Positions 1-10,896 are shown, numbered from the stretch's first letter. The stretch is DNA of 64,000 nucleotides from Bacteroidales bacterium (GCA_016929525.1 JAFGIP010000048.1:71456-135455); one strand, 5' to 3'. Translations and numbers: made by a program. The notes: generated by a model from the letters alone, not told the origin.

Positions 1-2
1 AT

Positions 3-1163
3 ACTAACGGAATATCAGGGAGTCATTCTGCAGTAGTTACTATCTTAGATGCCGGGCTCACTGATACAGGTTATTATGCGTGCATGGTTCAGAATCCCGG
101 ACAGTCACGAAAAAGTGATTCTGCATTTTTAGAAGTGTTTTCAAATCCAACTATTGTAATAGATGGTGATACATCTTTTTGTGCGGAGAGTTTTACTGAA
201 ATTGAATATAATATGACCGGTAAACCACCCTGGGATATAACTTTATCTTACAACTCAGTATTAGACACAATACATACGTCCCTTCAACTATATCCCGATA
301 CTGTTAATGCTGAGGTTTTTATTGAGATTGAAAGTATTGCCGATGCCAATACATGTAAAACATCATATATTAATAACTATATCGATATTACGGAAATTCC
401 GTTACCAACAGCTTCTATATTGAACGATACAATTATATGTGAAGGAACCCGGGCTTATTTATGGGTAAGTCTAGGTGGTATTGCTCCGTGGAATGTTGAG
501 TATCGAAATTTGACTGATACAAGCAATATGCAAACATATGAAAGTACTTTCTTTATATGTGATTCTGTTGAAAATGAATACCGGATAATTAGTCTTACAG
601 ATGCTGCGCAATGCACTGGCAAAGAACTGGGTGAAGAAGCTATTATTGAGGTAATGGAACTTCCCGTAGCAGGATTTATCTGTTATACAGATGCATTAGA
701 AGTAGAATTTATTAATACATCTGAAAATGCAGACAATTATCTTTGGGATTTCGGCGATGAATCTACCAGTAATCTGACCGATCCGATACATACATATGAA
801 TCGGATGGTAGTTACAGTGTTGTTTTGACTGCCTATAACGGTTTTTGCGCTTCACTGCCTTATTCAGAACCAATTACGCTTGTTAGTGAAAATCTTCAGG
901 AATCTTTGAGTGAATCGTTTTTTGAAATTTACCCAAACCCATGTGCAGGAATACTTACAATTATATCAAAGGTAGCTTTATCGGATAATTGGCATATTTT
1001 TCTAATTAATGCACAAGGCCTGGTTGTGTATTCAGAAGATGTCTGGCTATATACAGAGCAGTACCATCTTGATTTAAGTTCATTGATTGGCGGGATATAC
1101 ATATTACACTTAGAAAGAAACAATACTGTATTTAATGAAAAGGTTGTAATAATTCTTAACTGA
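3..1163 (+). CDS. T9SS type A sorting domain protein with Ig-like and PKD domains (5'-truncated by window edge)
   Basis: Frame is open from base 3 (…LDAGLTDTGYYACMVQN, Ig-like). PKD motif YLWDFGD…PIHTY…G.YSV.LT. C-terminal IYPNP…GIYIL…KVVI T9SS CTD. Confidence 0.85.
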   Translation, partial: TNGISGSHSAVVTILDAGLTDTGYYACMVQNPGQSRKSDSAFLEVFSNPTIVIDGDTSFCAESFTEIEYNMTGKPPWDITLSYNSVLDTIHTSLQLYPDTVNAEVFIEIESIADANTCKTSYINNYIDITEIPLPTASILNDTIICEGTRAYLWVSLGGIAPWNVEYRNLTDTSNMQTYESTFFICDSVENEYRIISLTDAAQCTGKELGEEAIIEVMELPVAGFICYTDALEVEFINTSENADNYLWDFGDESTSNLTDPIHTYESDGSYSVVLTAYNGFCASLPYSEPITLVSENLQESLSESFFEIYPNPCAGILTIISKVALSDNWHIFLINAQGLVVYSEDVWLYTEQYHLDLSSLIGGIYILHLERNNTVFNEKVVIILN

Positions 1164-1331
1164 ATATAGATAAATACTGTTAGCAAAAGAGCTCGGATTA
1201 TAACAGATCAGTAACTGGTTTTGGTACAGGCTTTCTCATTACATTCACTATAAGACATTACAAAAAACAACATGGTATAATTTAAGTAATTGAAAATCAA
1301 TAAAATTACTTTGATTTATAACATTTCCTTG

Positions 1332-1339
1332 TATATTTG
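1332..1339 (+). promoter_or_regulatory. Bacteroidota -7 promoter element (TATATTTG)
   Basis: Matches TAnnTTTG, 65 bp upstream of the LRR gene. Confidence 0.55.
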
Positions 1340-1403
1340 TTATATGTGTTATCTTCATAATATTCTACACCCATTTATTTATTAACCCCAAAAGTTACAG
1401 ATC

Positions 1404-4220
1404 ATGAAATCTTTGAATGGTTATATATCAGCGGCACTGATAAGTATATTTCTTCTCTTTACTATGGCACCTATTCAAGCAGGAGATATCTATACTGATT
1501 CTTTGGCTCTTATAGCATTATACGACAGTACAGATGGTGATAACTGGGATGATAATACCGGTTGGAAAACTGGTTATGTAGATACCTGGTACGGGATAGA
1601 GCTGGAAGAGGGCAGGGTAGTAAACATTTATTTACAGGGCAATAACCTCATTGGTAATATTCCTCCGGCAATTGGTGATATTGATAGCCTGCAGAGAATA
1701 TACCTCAATGGTAATAGTGGTCTGACCGATAGTCTTCCGCCGGAATTAGGTAATTTAAAAAAACTGGACAGACTATATATATATAGCTGTAATCTTATCG
1801 GAAGCATTCCTCCGGAATTAGGGAATATGGAAAGTATTACTGGAATAGCTTTGGATAGAAATGCTCTTACAGGTTCAATACCTTCAACATTTGAAAATTT
1901 AAATGAATTAAGATATTTAAGCTTACATCATAATAGCCTTACAGGAACTATTCCGCCTGAGATAGGAAATATAGAAAGTTTAGGCGAACTATATTTAAAT
2001 GAGAATTCTCTTACCGGTACAATTCCCGCAACACTGGGAAATTTGTCGAATTTAGCCTATATATATTTACAAAACAATGAGCTTACCGGTTCAATCCCTC
2101 CTGAATTGGGTAATTTATCCAACCTATATTCTCTAAACTTAGCATACAACCTGTTGAACGGAGGCATTCCTAATGAAATTGAAAGTTTAACAAGTTTAAG
2201 AACACTAGATCTTTCGGGTAATAATTTGGGAGGTATAATACCCCCTGAATTAGGAAATATTTCTAATCTGCAGCACCTGTATTTAAATGATTGCCAGCTT
2301 ATCGGTAATATTCCTAATGAGTTATATAACTTAACCGACTTGATCACAATAATTATATCTAACAATGAATTGACTGGTGGTATATCTTCACAAATAGGTT
2401 ATTTAACGAATTTAGTAACTTTAAATCTTGTAAATAACCAGCTCTCAGAAGAAATCCCTCCGGAGCTTGGCAATTTATCAAATTTACAGCAATTGTCATT
2501 GAGCACAAATGACTTGAACGGAACTATTCCTCCTGAACTGGGGGATCTTTCAAACCTTATTTACCTTGAACTATACGGAAATAAACTAATGGGAAATATA
2601 CCTTCCGAATTAGGAGACATGACTAATCTAATTAATTTTATACTGAGTGAAAATCAGCTTACGGGGAACATTCCAGCGAGTCTGGGAAATTTATCAAATG
2701 TATCTCTCTTTTTTGTTCAAAATAATGAGCTAACTGGTCCTGTTCCCGAAGAATTGGCTAATCTAACTAACGTTACTAATCTACATCTGGTGAATAATGA
2801 CCTTGAAGATTTGCCTGATCTGTCGGGATTATCATTTTTAACCAATTTTGATGTTTATAATAACAAGTTTACTTTTGGTGATCTGGAACCAAATATTCAT
2901 GTTCTCGACGAATATTCTCCCCAGGATTCAATTGCAACTATAGACACCGTTTATTATACTGTTAATGATACGCTGCAATTTGAAATGCAAACCGATGGTC
3001 TATATAATAACTACCAATGGAAATTTAATGGAGGAGATATCAGTGAAAGTGACTTATATTCCGGTACAAATGATTCTGTTCTACTTATTAGGAATCCTTC
3101 ATCCGCTGATGAAGGAGTTTATTCATGTGCGGTCACAAACGATTCGGTTATCGATCTTACTTTATTCCGATATCCTATATATTTATTACCTACTGTTAAA
3201 GTCACTGACATCCCGGAAGGAATACATTGTTCGAATGATGTGATAGAGATTGGATATAAATCTGCAGAAATATCTCCTGACAATGTGTTTAATGTGGAAT
3301 TATCAGATTCTCTGGGAGGGTTTAATGATCCGACTATAATAGGTAGTTTAAGCACTACTAATTCCATCGGAACAATTGAAGTGAATATTCCGGAGGGTGC
3401 TTCTACAAGTGATCAATACCGTTTACGCATTAATGCGTCCAGTCCTCTCATAACAGGTGTACCAAGTACAGGTGTTCTGAACATATTAAGCGGTTTAAAT
3501 TCTAATCCGATTGTTACACCAATGACTGATTCCAGTATTTGTACCAATGAACTAGCAATTTTAAGTACCGATTCTATTTCTGGATTACACTTCCAGTGGT
3601 ATAGAGATGATATTGCAATTGAAGGGGCCATAAGGTCATATTATGAGGTGCGTGAAGCAGGTATTTATCACGTGGAAATTTATAACAGTTGTAGCACCGA
3701 TTTTTTACCATCAAACATGGTTAACATTACCATTGATCCACTTCCAGTAATATACTTAGAAATGGATGGAACATTACTTACTGCTACATACGATCCGGAT
3801 TATAGTTATTACTGGCACAGGAATGAAGTCTATATAGCTGTTGACAATTCACAATATGAGTATAACGCCGTTGAAAATGGTGAATACTGGGTATTGGTAG
3901 AGGATGAAAACGGATGTACAAATATTTCAAATGCCCAGACTGTGATTGGAATTACGGGCTTTGAAAATATTCAGCACAATCTGGATATATTTCCCAATCC
4001 AACAGATGGTAGAATATACATAATATCAGAAAAAGATATTAAAACCAATCGAATTACAATTACCAGTGTTACAGGGAAAACAGTCTGCGACAAAGAATTT
4101 AATGCACAAAATCAGGACGGAAATATTGAGTTTGATATTTCAAACCTGCTTCCGGGGATTTATTTCGTTCATATTGAGTCTGGTCAAAGTTCACATTATT
4201 TTAAATTAATAAAGCGTTAA
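1404..4220 (+). CDS. Leucine-rich repeat protein with Ig-like domains and T9SS type A CTD
   Basis: Signal peptide, ALIALYDSTDGDNW N-cap, about 16 24-aa LxxLxLxxNxLxGxIP repeats, Ig motif DEGVYSCAV, C-terminal IFPNP…PGIYFV CTD. Confidence 0.9.
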   Translation: MKSLNGYISAALISIFLLFTMAPIQAGDIYTDSLALIALYDSTDGDNWDDNTGWKTGYVDTWYGIELEEGRVVNIYLQGNNLIGNIPPAIGDIDSLQRIYLNGNSGLTDSLPPELGNLKKLDRLYIYSCNLIGSIPPELGNMESITGIALDRNALTGSIPSTFENLNELRYLSLHHNSLTGTIPPEIGNIESLGELYLNENSLTGTIPATLGNLSNLAYIYLQNNELTGSIPPELGNLSNLYSLNLAYNLLNGGIPNEIESLTSLRTLDLSGNNLGGIIPPELGNISNLQHLYLNDCQLIGNIPNELYNLTDLITIIISNNELTGGISSQIGYLTNLVTLNLVNNQLSEEIPPELGNLSNLQQLSLSTNDLNGTIPPELGDLSNLIYLELYGNKLMGNIPSELGDMTNLINFILSENQLTGNIPASLGNLSNVSLFFVQNNELTGPVPEELANLTNVTNLHLVNNDLEDLPDLSGLSFLTNFDVYNNKFTFGDLEPNIHVLDEYSPQDSIATIDTVYYTVNDTLQFEMQTDGLYNNYQWKFNGGDISESDLYSGTNDSVLLIRNPSSADEGVYSCAVTNDSVIDLTLFRYPIYLLPTVKVTDIPEGIHCSNDVIEIGYKSAEISPDNVFNVELSDSLGGFNDPTIIGSLSTTNSIGTIEVNIPEGASTSDQYRLRINASSPLITGVPSTGVLNILSGLNSNPIVTPMTDSSICTNELAILSTDSISGLHFQWYRDDIAIEGAIRSYYEVREAGIYHVEIYNSCSTDFLPSNMVNITIDPLPVIYLEMDGTLLTATYDPDYSYYWHRNEVYIAVDNSQYEYNAVENGEYWVLVEDENGCTNISNAQTVIGITGFENIQHNLDIFPNPTDGRIYIISEKDIKTNRITITSVTGKTVCDKEFNAQNQDGNIEFDISNLLPGIYFVHIESGQSSHYFKLIKR

Positions 4221-4345
4221 GTTAGCAGGTTTATAAATCTGTTTGTGTTTGATGAAATTGAACCCAAATAAATACTATCTGTTATTAAATTCAGATTTAG
4301 ATAAAAAATAAATATTTAACTACGTGAATATTTCAGTTTCAGTAC

Positions 4346-5335
4346 TTACTTTAACGAAAGCCCGACTTTATAATCGTTATCTTTTCTTATTGCTTCAAGT
4401 TTAAAAGCAATATCACTATATTTTGTGCGAACCTGCTCAGAAATTAAGTTACGGGTTGCTATGTCCATTTTGCCAGATGTCCTTAGTCCGGATGCATCCT
4501 GAAATTCAATCAGTTTTGCAGTAAAAATTTCAGGTGACGATAAATCAGTTTTTTCATCACAAATACCTTTATTGGCAAATAGGTGAGTAAAGAATTCATT
4601 ACAGATAACCTCATTATTAGTTGTATCTAACTTGGATTTTTCAACGGATTCAATATAGCAGACAATTAATTCCATTTCATGTTGAAGTGACTTGTAGTTA
4701 TTGTTATTTGGTTGAAGCTTAAGGATTTCTTGTTTTATATCAGAATGTGATAACACATTTTGAAGAAATTTTGTATAATCCTTAGCTAAATCGCCTTCAT
4801 AGTCATGAATATCAATAGAATTAAGGAACTCTCTGCCATGAGATATCTGGAACATAAATAAGAAGACCGAGTTAGTCATCAGGAACTCAAATCTGGTTCC
4901 AATACCTGCCATTTGTTTCAAATTACTTTCTTTTGATAATGCCCTGCTATACTGTTCTAATTCTTCAATATTGAAAAATGAAGGTTCAATACCATAACGA
5001 TATGAATCCTTTAAAAGATTTAGTGCTGCCTCGCCTTTGGGTGTTAATTTGTTTTTCTCTGTCCAGACAGGAGTATAATTATTCTGTCTATAAAAATTAT
5101 ATATGAATGTAGCTGCATTCAACTCAACACCATCTAACCAAACTTCTTTTTCCAGGCATCCTTCCAGATTTGATTTTATCAGGTTGCTCGTTACTGAAGT
5201 ATATTTGTCTTTTTCGACAGTATTGCTTGTTATACAAAAAGACTTATAACTGACATGGCATAAGAATGCCAATATCACCAGCGTACTTCTTAAAATATTT
5301 AAGCTTACTGCCGAATTATTTCCCAAAGTTTTCAT
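4346..5335 (-). CDS. L,D-transpeptidase scaffold-domain protein with peptidoglycan-binding-like segment, lacking the YkuD catalytic domain
   Basis: FYRQNNYTPVW…DSYRYGIEP scaffold motif. FQDASGLRTSGKMD resembles PG_binding_1. The protein ends where the catalytic domain would normally begin. Confidence 0.6.
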   Translation of the reverse strand: MKTLGNNSAVSLNILRSTLVILAFLCHVSYKSFCITSNTVEKDKYTSVTSNLIKSNLEGCLEKEVWLDGVELNAATFIYNFYRQNNYTPVWTEKNKLTPKGEAALNLLKDSYRYGIEPSFFNIEELEQYSRALSKESNLKQMAGIGTRFEFLMTNSVFLFMFQISHGREFLNSIDIHDYEGDLAKDYTKFLQNVLSHSDIKQEILKLQPNNNNYKSLQHEMELIVCYIESVEKSKLDTTNNEVICNEFFTHLFANKGICDEKTDLSSPEIFTAKLIEFQDASGLRTSGKMDIATRNLISEQVRTKYSDIAFKLEAIRKDNDYKVGLSLK

Positions 5336-5581
5336 GATATAATAGTTTATGCGGCTGTATTCATTTTATACGTCAAGTTAATTCATATATATTATTTATT
5401 CCACTAAAACGCATAACTATTTGATAAACAATTTGATAATAACATACATCACCATAAGTAGGTTATTTATATTACCTATTGAAAGTAATGTATATCACCG
5501 GAACATAGAAGATGGTTTATCTTCTAACGGCACTACTATAAATATCTGTGCTGATTTGAAATAAAAGTAGTTACGCCGGAA

Positions 5582-6712
5582 TTAGTTATTACTGAATGTA
5601 TGCTGATTTTTTTCCCACCATTTACTCCAGTTGATGTTTTTTGACTTTCCGGTAATATTGGATAACGCAATCCTTATATCAAAATCGAATTCTTTATTAT
5701 TAAGCAGTTCAACAAGTGTTGCAATGGCCCTTTTATCGCCAATACGACCCAAAGCCCAGATAGCGGGTTTATGTAAATTAACCAATCTCTTATCATTTAG
5801 TATTATTAGAAGAGGATCTACAGCTTTAACATCATTTATTGTTGCAATTGCAGAAATTCTGTTAGATTCTTCCTCATTATCATTTAGTACAACATAAATC
5901 AGATTATCAGTTGCATTTTTGCTTCCTATTGCCTCCAATGATTCAATAGCACTTGCTCTTACCATATAGTCAGAGTCTTTTAACGCGGCTATAAGATAGG
6001 GTTCAGCTTTATTACTTTTTAATAATCCCAAAGTTTTTACAGCTGAATTTCTTACCGATGCCTTATTATCTTTTAATGCAATGATTATAAAATTTTCTGC
6101 TTGCTTTGCTTCTTGTGCTCCCAAGACTTCAAGAGCTGCAGATCGAACCCCTTCGTTCTTATTGTTTAATGCTAAAATAAGTGTTTTATATACCGACTGA
6201 TCTGATTTGAACTTTTCTAAACTGTGTAATGCCGTGACAATGATCACTGAATTTGTGTCGATATTTATAAGGTTAATAATGGGCTTTATTGACCGGGGAT
6301 CGCCAATACTGCCTAAAGCAAAAACTGCATTTTTTCTGGTGTGAGCGCTTGGTGAACTTAAAGCTTTTATCAGTTTTGGCAAAGCAGGTGCGCCAATACC
6401 AGATATTGTTTTCGCAGCTTCCAGTCCGGGTGATGTATAACCGTCGTACATCATTTGGCTGAAAAAGCCATAATCGCTCATCAGATCCATTACTGTACTA
6501 TCAGCTAACATATTCATAAGATAGGGGATAGTCGGTTCCAGAGATTCCGAGGGGTATTTTCTTAATTCAATAGCAATATTTGCTGACTGGACTGATCCGG
6601 CAGTTTTTAATTTTTCGATAAGAACTTCTATATCTTTAGAATCACTGTTGCATCCAGAAAGTCCTATAGTAAAGAATAAAAATAAGCTAACTGTCCTGTT
6701 AATAATTTTCAT
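5582..6712 (-). CDS. HEAT/PBS-lyase repeat lipoprotein
   Basis: Lipobox LSGC and repeated L..AL.D….VR..A…LG motifs. Confidence 0.85.
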   Translation of the reverse strand: MKIINRTVSLFLFFTIGLSGCNSDSKDIEVLIEKLKTAGSVQSANIAIELRKYPSESLEPTIPYLMNMLADSTVMDLMSDYGFFSQMMYDGYTSPGLEAAKTISGIGAPALPKLIKALSSPSAHTRKNAVFALGSIGDPRSIKPIINLINIDTNSVIIVTALHSLEKFKSDQSVYKTLILALNNKNEGVRSAALEVLGAQEAKQAENFIIIALKDNKASVRNSAVKTLGLLKSNKAEPYLIAALKDSDYMVRASAIESLEAIGSKNATDNLIYVVLNDNEEESNRISAIATINDVKAVDPLLIILNDKRLVNLHKPAIWALGRIGDKRAIATLVELLNNKEFDFDIRIALSNITGKSKNINWSKWWEKNQHTFSNN

Positions 6713-6747
6713 AGGTCTTAGGGTTCAAATTGCCTTTTATTCAGTAT

Positions 6748-9528
6748 CTATTCCGGCAGGTAGATAACTATTTCTACCTTTCGTTGTTTTCTCAATTCCT
6801 CCTCGCTAAGGTCTTCCCAGTTTACTCCTTCTTTAAGGGCCTGCGATTCTCCAAATGAAAATGTCCTGATTCGTTTCTCTCCAATACCATTTTCTTTCAG
6901 AAATTCTTTAACCGACTCTGCTCTTCTTCTTGATAGATTAAGATTGTAACTGGCATCTCCCAATCCATCAGTGTAACCTTTTATCGTAACATACAAACGA
7001 CTATCATCTTTTAATTCATTAACTACTTTTTCAAGAATGGTACTATTTGCACCAGGTGTAAGTATATGTTCATTCAAATCAAAATTAACAATCACAACAT
7101 CGAAGACAGGGTCTGTAATAACTTCTTCCAGTGTACCTGAATTTTGTTTGGCAAAACACGATGTTGTATCAACATTTACTGTAAATGATGATGGGTCAAA
7201 ATTTTCCTGAAGATGCTCAACATTGGTTTGTACATTGACTTCTCTGTTCTCGTTAAGCGGGATATTAATGGTGTATTTATGTATGTAGTTGAATTCAACT
7301 ACTTTATTATCCAGATATAAACTTGACTTTTCAGTTGTTACTTCAGGTGTTGGTTCTCTAGTTAATTTTCTTACGGGAAGCAAACTGAAAGATATTTCAT
7401 CATCTTCTTCAATCTGTAACTCTTTCGATAGCATGGTTATATCAATCAATGTTCCGTCGCTTGCCTCAATATCTTCTCTTCCTGCCATGAATTCTTTTAA
7501 CGACTCCCTGTACATATCTTCAGATTCCGGGTTAGAGGTAAAATCGTATTTGACCTGTCTGAGTAATGGTATAATAATTTCATCCTTTTCCTTTGTCAGC
7601 GCGTCGATCTTAGTGATTGTCAGGATGTATTCATTTCCGGGTATTATACTAACCTCGTTTGCAAAGAATCGGTCTTCCTGTTCTACCTCTTCAATTGAAT
7701 CTGTATTAACGCTCATGCTTAACCATCCCGATGATCTAAGTGCGCCATAACCGGTTGTGTCGACTGTAATTTCGGATATGAATGAAAAAGTATCCAGGTT
7801 TACTGTAAAGGCTTCCGGTTCAAAATTTTCCTGCAAATATTCCAGGTCAGTCTGTAAATTCACAGTACTGTTCATAGTGAATGGAACATTAATGATATAT
7901 TTATCATTTTGGGAAATTTCAAAAACTTTTTCATCAACTGTCAAACTGGATATAATTTCCTCGGCTGCCGTGGGTTGTTTACCAAATTTTTTTACGGGAA
8001 GTAAGCTGAACGACACCTCTTCACCAGGTTTAACTTCCAGTTCTTTTGATAATACTGAGATATCTATAATTTCTTCATCGGTAAGTTTAACTTCACTTCT
8101 GCCCGTCAGAAATTCTGCAAGTGCAGTTTTATAATCATCACTGGTAACCTCATTTGAAGTTAAATTATATTTTACACCTTTTGTCAGGGGAACAAAAACT
8201 TCAATATTTTCACCCATAAACGGGTCAGGTTTACTAAGCGTGAGTAAATATTCAGTACCCGGAATTATACTTATTTCATTCGCAGTTAATATGCGATTTT
8301 GAGACACGTTATCAACCATTTCGGTATTTACCATTAATGATAGAAATTCTTCATCAACCTTTTCCTCAGTGGTGATAAATAATGGCTTATCATCAACATG
8401 TATAGAGTGTTTTTTAGGACTGAAGTTCTTTTCCAGTTCTTCTGTATCAGTTTGTATTGCAAAATTTTCATCTGGTCTGTCCGGCAAAACTACCATAAAT
8501 GATTGTCCGTATATGTTCACTGTTCTGTCGTTCATGGCCAGGATAGAAACCTCAAGCTTTTTATAAGCCTCATTTGGGTCAACGTCATTTGCAAACCTGA
8601 TGGTGTAAATGTCACCCTCGGCAAGTTGCAGTTCTTTAACAAGGGCAGTCAGATCAACGGTATTTGCATCCGGGCTCTGGTATTTTCTCTTCAGTTCATT
8701 TACTGTATTCAAATACTCCGGGGTTATCTTATACTTGCCGGAAGAAAACTGATACTTCATGCCTTTTTCCAGTTGAAGCTCACCGGTTTGAATAGGTGGG
8801 GGCATTAAAAATTTACTTTTCCTTTGCGCAGGGGATAACAGATCATTTGCTAATACATCTTCTGCTAATATATCTTCATGCTGAATAATAAGTTTGTAGT
8901 CCTCCATGGGTTGAAAGCTGAATTTAAAATCATCAGTTTCAGATGCATTTATTGTATAATCATCACCATTACTCAATATGATAAATATCTGTTTCTCTTC
9001 ATCGGATCTTCGCCTATATTTATAACCCTCATACTTAATCTTAAATTTAAGAGTATCGGAAGCCGATACAATAGATGTATCTTTATAAAGCTGAATCCTG
9101 TTTTCGCTTGAAACAAGGTAATTTTCACTTTTTATTTCAGCTTCAACCACCTGGCTGTACTCATTAAGCCAGTATTTAAATTCCTCGACCTTATTATTTT
9201 CCAGCAACACAAGGGCATATTTTAATCGATATGCATTATTTACCCTGAGGTTGGCATTAAATACGATATGAAAGCATTCTTCTGCCTGCGGATAAAGTTT
9301 TAATTTATTATATGCTTCAGCTTTTTTAAGAATGGAAAAATAGTCGCTGGTGTCTTTCTTATATGCCAGGTTATAATAGAAAATAGCTTGTTTAAACTCA
9401 TTCCTGTCGTAGTAATAATCTCCTTTTTTGTTATAAATATTTCTTTTCTCTATGATCTCCGCACCGATCTGAGAGTTGCAAATATTAGAGAAGAGCCCGA
9501 AAAGTATTATCAGAAATAAAGTTTTCAT
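6748..9528 (-). CDS. OmpA-family protein with N-terminal TPRs and three ~200-aa internal repeats
   Basis: Signal peptide, TPR-like helices, C-terminal OmpA motif NFD…GYTDGLGDASYNLNLSRRRAESV…RKVE. Confidence 0.85.
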   Translation of the reverse strand: MKTLFLIILFGLFSNICNSQIGAEIIEKRNIYNKKGDYYYDRNEFKQAIFYYNLAYKKDTSDYFSILKKAEAYNKLKLYPQAEECFHIVFNANLRVNNAYRLKYALVLLENNKVEEFKYWLNEYSQVVEAEIKSENYLVSSENRIQLYKDTSIVSASDTLKFKIKYEGYKYRRRSDEEKQIFIILSNGDDYTINASETDDFKFSFQPMEDYKLIIQHEDILAEDVLANDLLSPAQRKSKFLMPPPIQTGELQLEKGMKYQFSSGKYKITPEYLNTVNELKRKYQSPDANTVDLTALVKELQLAEGDIYTIRFANDVDPNEAYKKLEVSILAMNDRTVNIYGQSFMVVLPDRPDENFAIQTDTEELEKNFSPKKHSIHVDDKPLFITTEEKVDEEFLSLMVNTEMVDNVSQNRILTANEISIIPGTEYLLTLSKPDPFMGENIEVFVPLTKGVKYNLTSNEVTSDDYKTALAEFLTGRSEVKLTDEEIIDISVLSKELEVKPGEEVSFSLLPVKKFGKQPTAAEEIISSLTVDEKVFEISQNDKYIINVPFTMNSTVNLQTDLEYLQENFEPEAFTVNLDTFSFISEITVDTTGYGALRSSGWLSMSVNTDSIEEVEQEDRFFANEVSIIPGNEYILTITKIDALTKEKDEIIIPLLRQVKYDFTSNPESEDMYRESLKEFMAGREDIEASDGTLIDITMLSKELQIEEDDEISFSLLPVRKLTREPTPEVTTEKSSLYLDNKVVEFNYIHKYTINIPLNENREVNVQTNVEHLQENFDPSSFTVNVDTTSCFAKQNSGTLEEVITDPVFDVVIVNFDLNEHILTPGANSTILEKVVNELKDDSRLYVTIKGYTDGLGDASYNLNLSRRRAESVKEFLKENGIGEKRIRTFSFGESQALKEGVNWEDLSEEELRKQRKVEIVIYLPE

Positions 9529-9834
9529 AGCAAATTAGTATTCTATAAAATTTAATAATATAGATAAAACTAATGAATGATTAAAGTTCAGCAAAAAATT
9601 TCTAAGCAGAAACAAGTTTTATCCACTATCTATTATTTTATTGTTGATTACTTACAAATGATTATTGAAATAAATTGTTGTGAGATATAAAATCATCATA
9701 ATTGGGTAGAAATACCCATAAAATTAGGCATAAATACGGATAACCTATAGCCGGTCAGTCTCGTAAATTTGAATACAGAAAATAATTACAAAAGATATAT
9801 AAGGTTTTGATGTAGGGTTTGGTTGGATTTAGGT

Positions 9835-9875
9835 AAAAAAGGAGATTGCATCCCAAAAAGCAGTCTCTTTTTTTT
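9835..9875. terminator. Intrinsic terminator, likely bidirectional, at the end of the thermonuclease gene
   Basis: GAGATTGC/GCAGTCTC stem flanked by A and T runs. Confidence 0.6.
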
Positions 9876-9878
9876 ATG

Positions 9879-10538
9879 TTATTTTTTTTTTCTACTATTT
9901 TTTTTATAGCAATATTTACAGGGTTTCATTTGTAGTTCTTTCGCTTGTTCACGTGAAATTACGATCACATTTGAGTGGCATCTTAATAGTTCTTTACAGT
10001 ATCCTTTGTGGTAATAATCATCTTTTTTAGGATTTGTACAAATCAATACATTATGTTCTCCGTCTGTTGGTGGTGGTTTAGCTAAAATTCCATTTCTGAA
10101 ATCCCAGGGTGGGGTTGGGCTGTCACTGATCCATAAACCAAGTTTATTCTCCCGGGCATGCATTTCAGCACGAGCTAATTCAGCATCATTTGTATGGAGT
10201 TTGTTATACCAGGCATAACCGTTTTTAACCAGTTCTTTATTAATGTTTGTTCCATCAATAAAAAGAATTGCACTAATTCCTTCCTGATTTATATCTTTTT
10301 TAAGCATGATCTCAGCATCATTCCAAAGATAGGATTCCATATGGGCTATGGTCTGGTCAACAAAAGTTTGTCCTATATCAGGTGCATCAATGCCATACAT
10401 ATGCACTGCGAATGTACTGTCATCGGTCTGAAATAAAAAAGCATCGCCATCAATAATCTGGATAATTCTTCCTGTAAAAGTTTGGGAATAAATACTAATA
10501 GGAAAGATTAAAAATATATTTATTAATAATTTGCGCAT
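9879..10538 (-). CDS. Thermonuclease (SNase) family protein with C-terminal Cys/His mini-domain
   Basis: IIDGD…MYGIDAPD…INKELVKNGYAW…ARENKLGLW…PPWDFR, followed by ICT…YH…C…C…PCKYC. Confidence 0.85.
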   Translation of the reverse strand: MRKLLINIFLIFPISIYSQTFTGRIIQIIDGDAFLFQTDDSTFAVHMYGIDAPDIGQTFVDQTIAHMESYLWNDAEIMLKKDINQEGISAILFIDGTNINKELVKNGYAWYNKLHTNDAELARAEMHARENKLGLWISDSPTPPWDFRNGILAKPPPTDGEHNVLICTNPKKDDYYHKGYCKELLRCHSNVIVISREQAKELQMKPCKYCYKKNSRKKK

Positions 10539-10896
10539 ATTATGCTGAAAAAAACATTTAAGCGGTTCTCATTATATCTTAATAAAATTGACTCAAATTT
10601 AATAATTGAGATCAACATATGATTTAATAACCATTATTTAAAAGCCATAAGGTTCATTTTAACCATTAACCGAACATCATCATGCTGTGCAATAATAAAA
10701 AGTTAAATGCAATAAATAGTCATAGTTAGACAAGCTTTAAAATTATAATAATGAATTTCATTTAAACATTGCATAACCAGTATAAATATTTTTCTTAAGA
10801 TTATTTGAAGAGTTAAAACCGATCATTCTTATACATTTTAATGCGTTAGAAATCCAGTGTTTAGTATATTTGCATTATCACTAATAATGCCTAACA

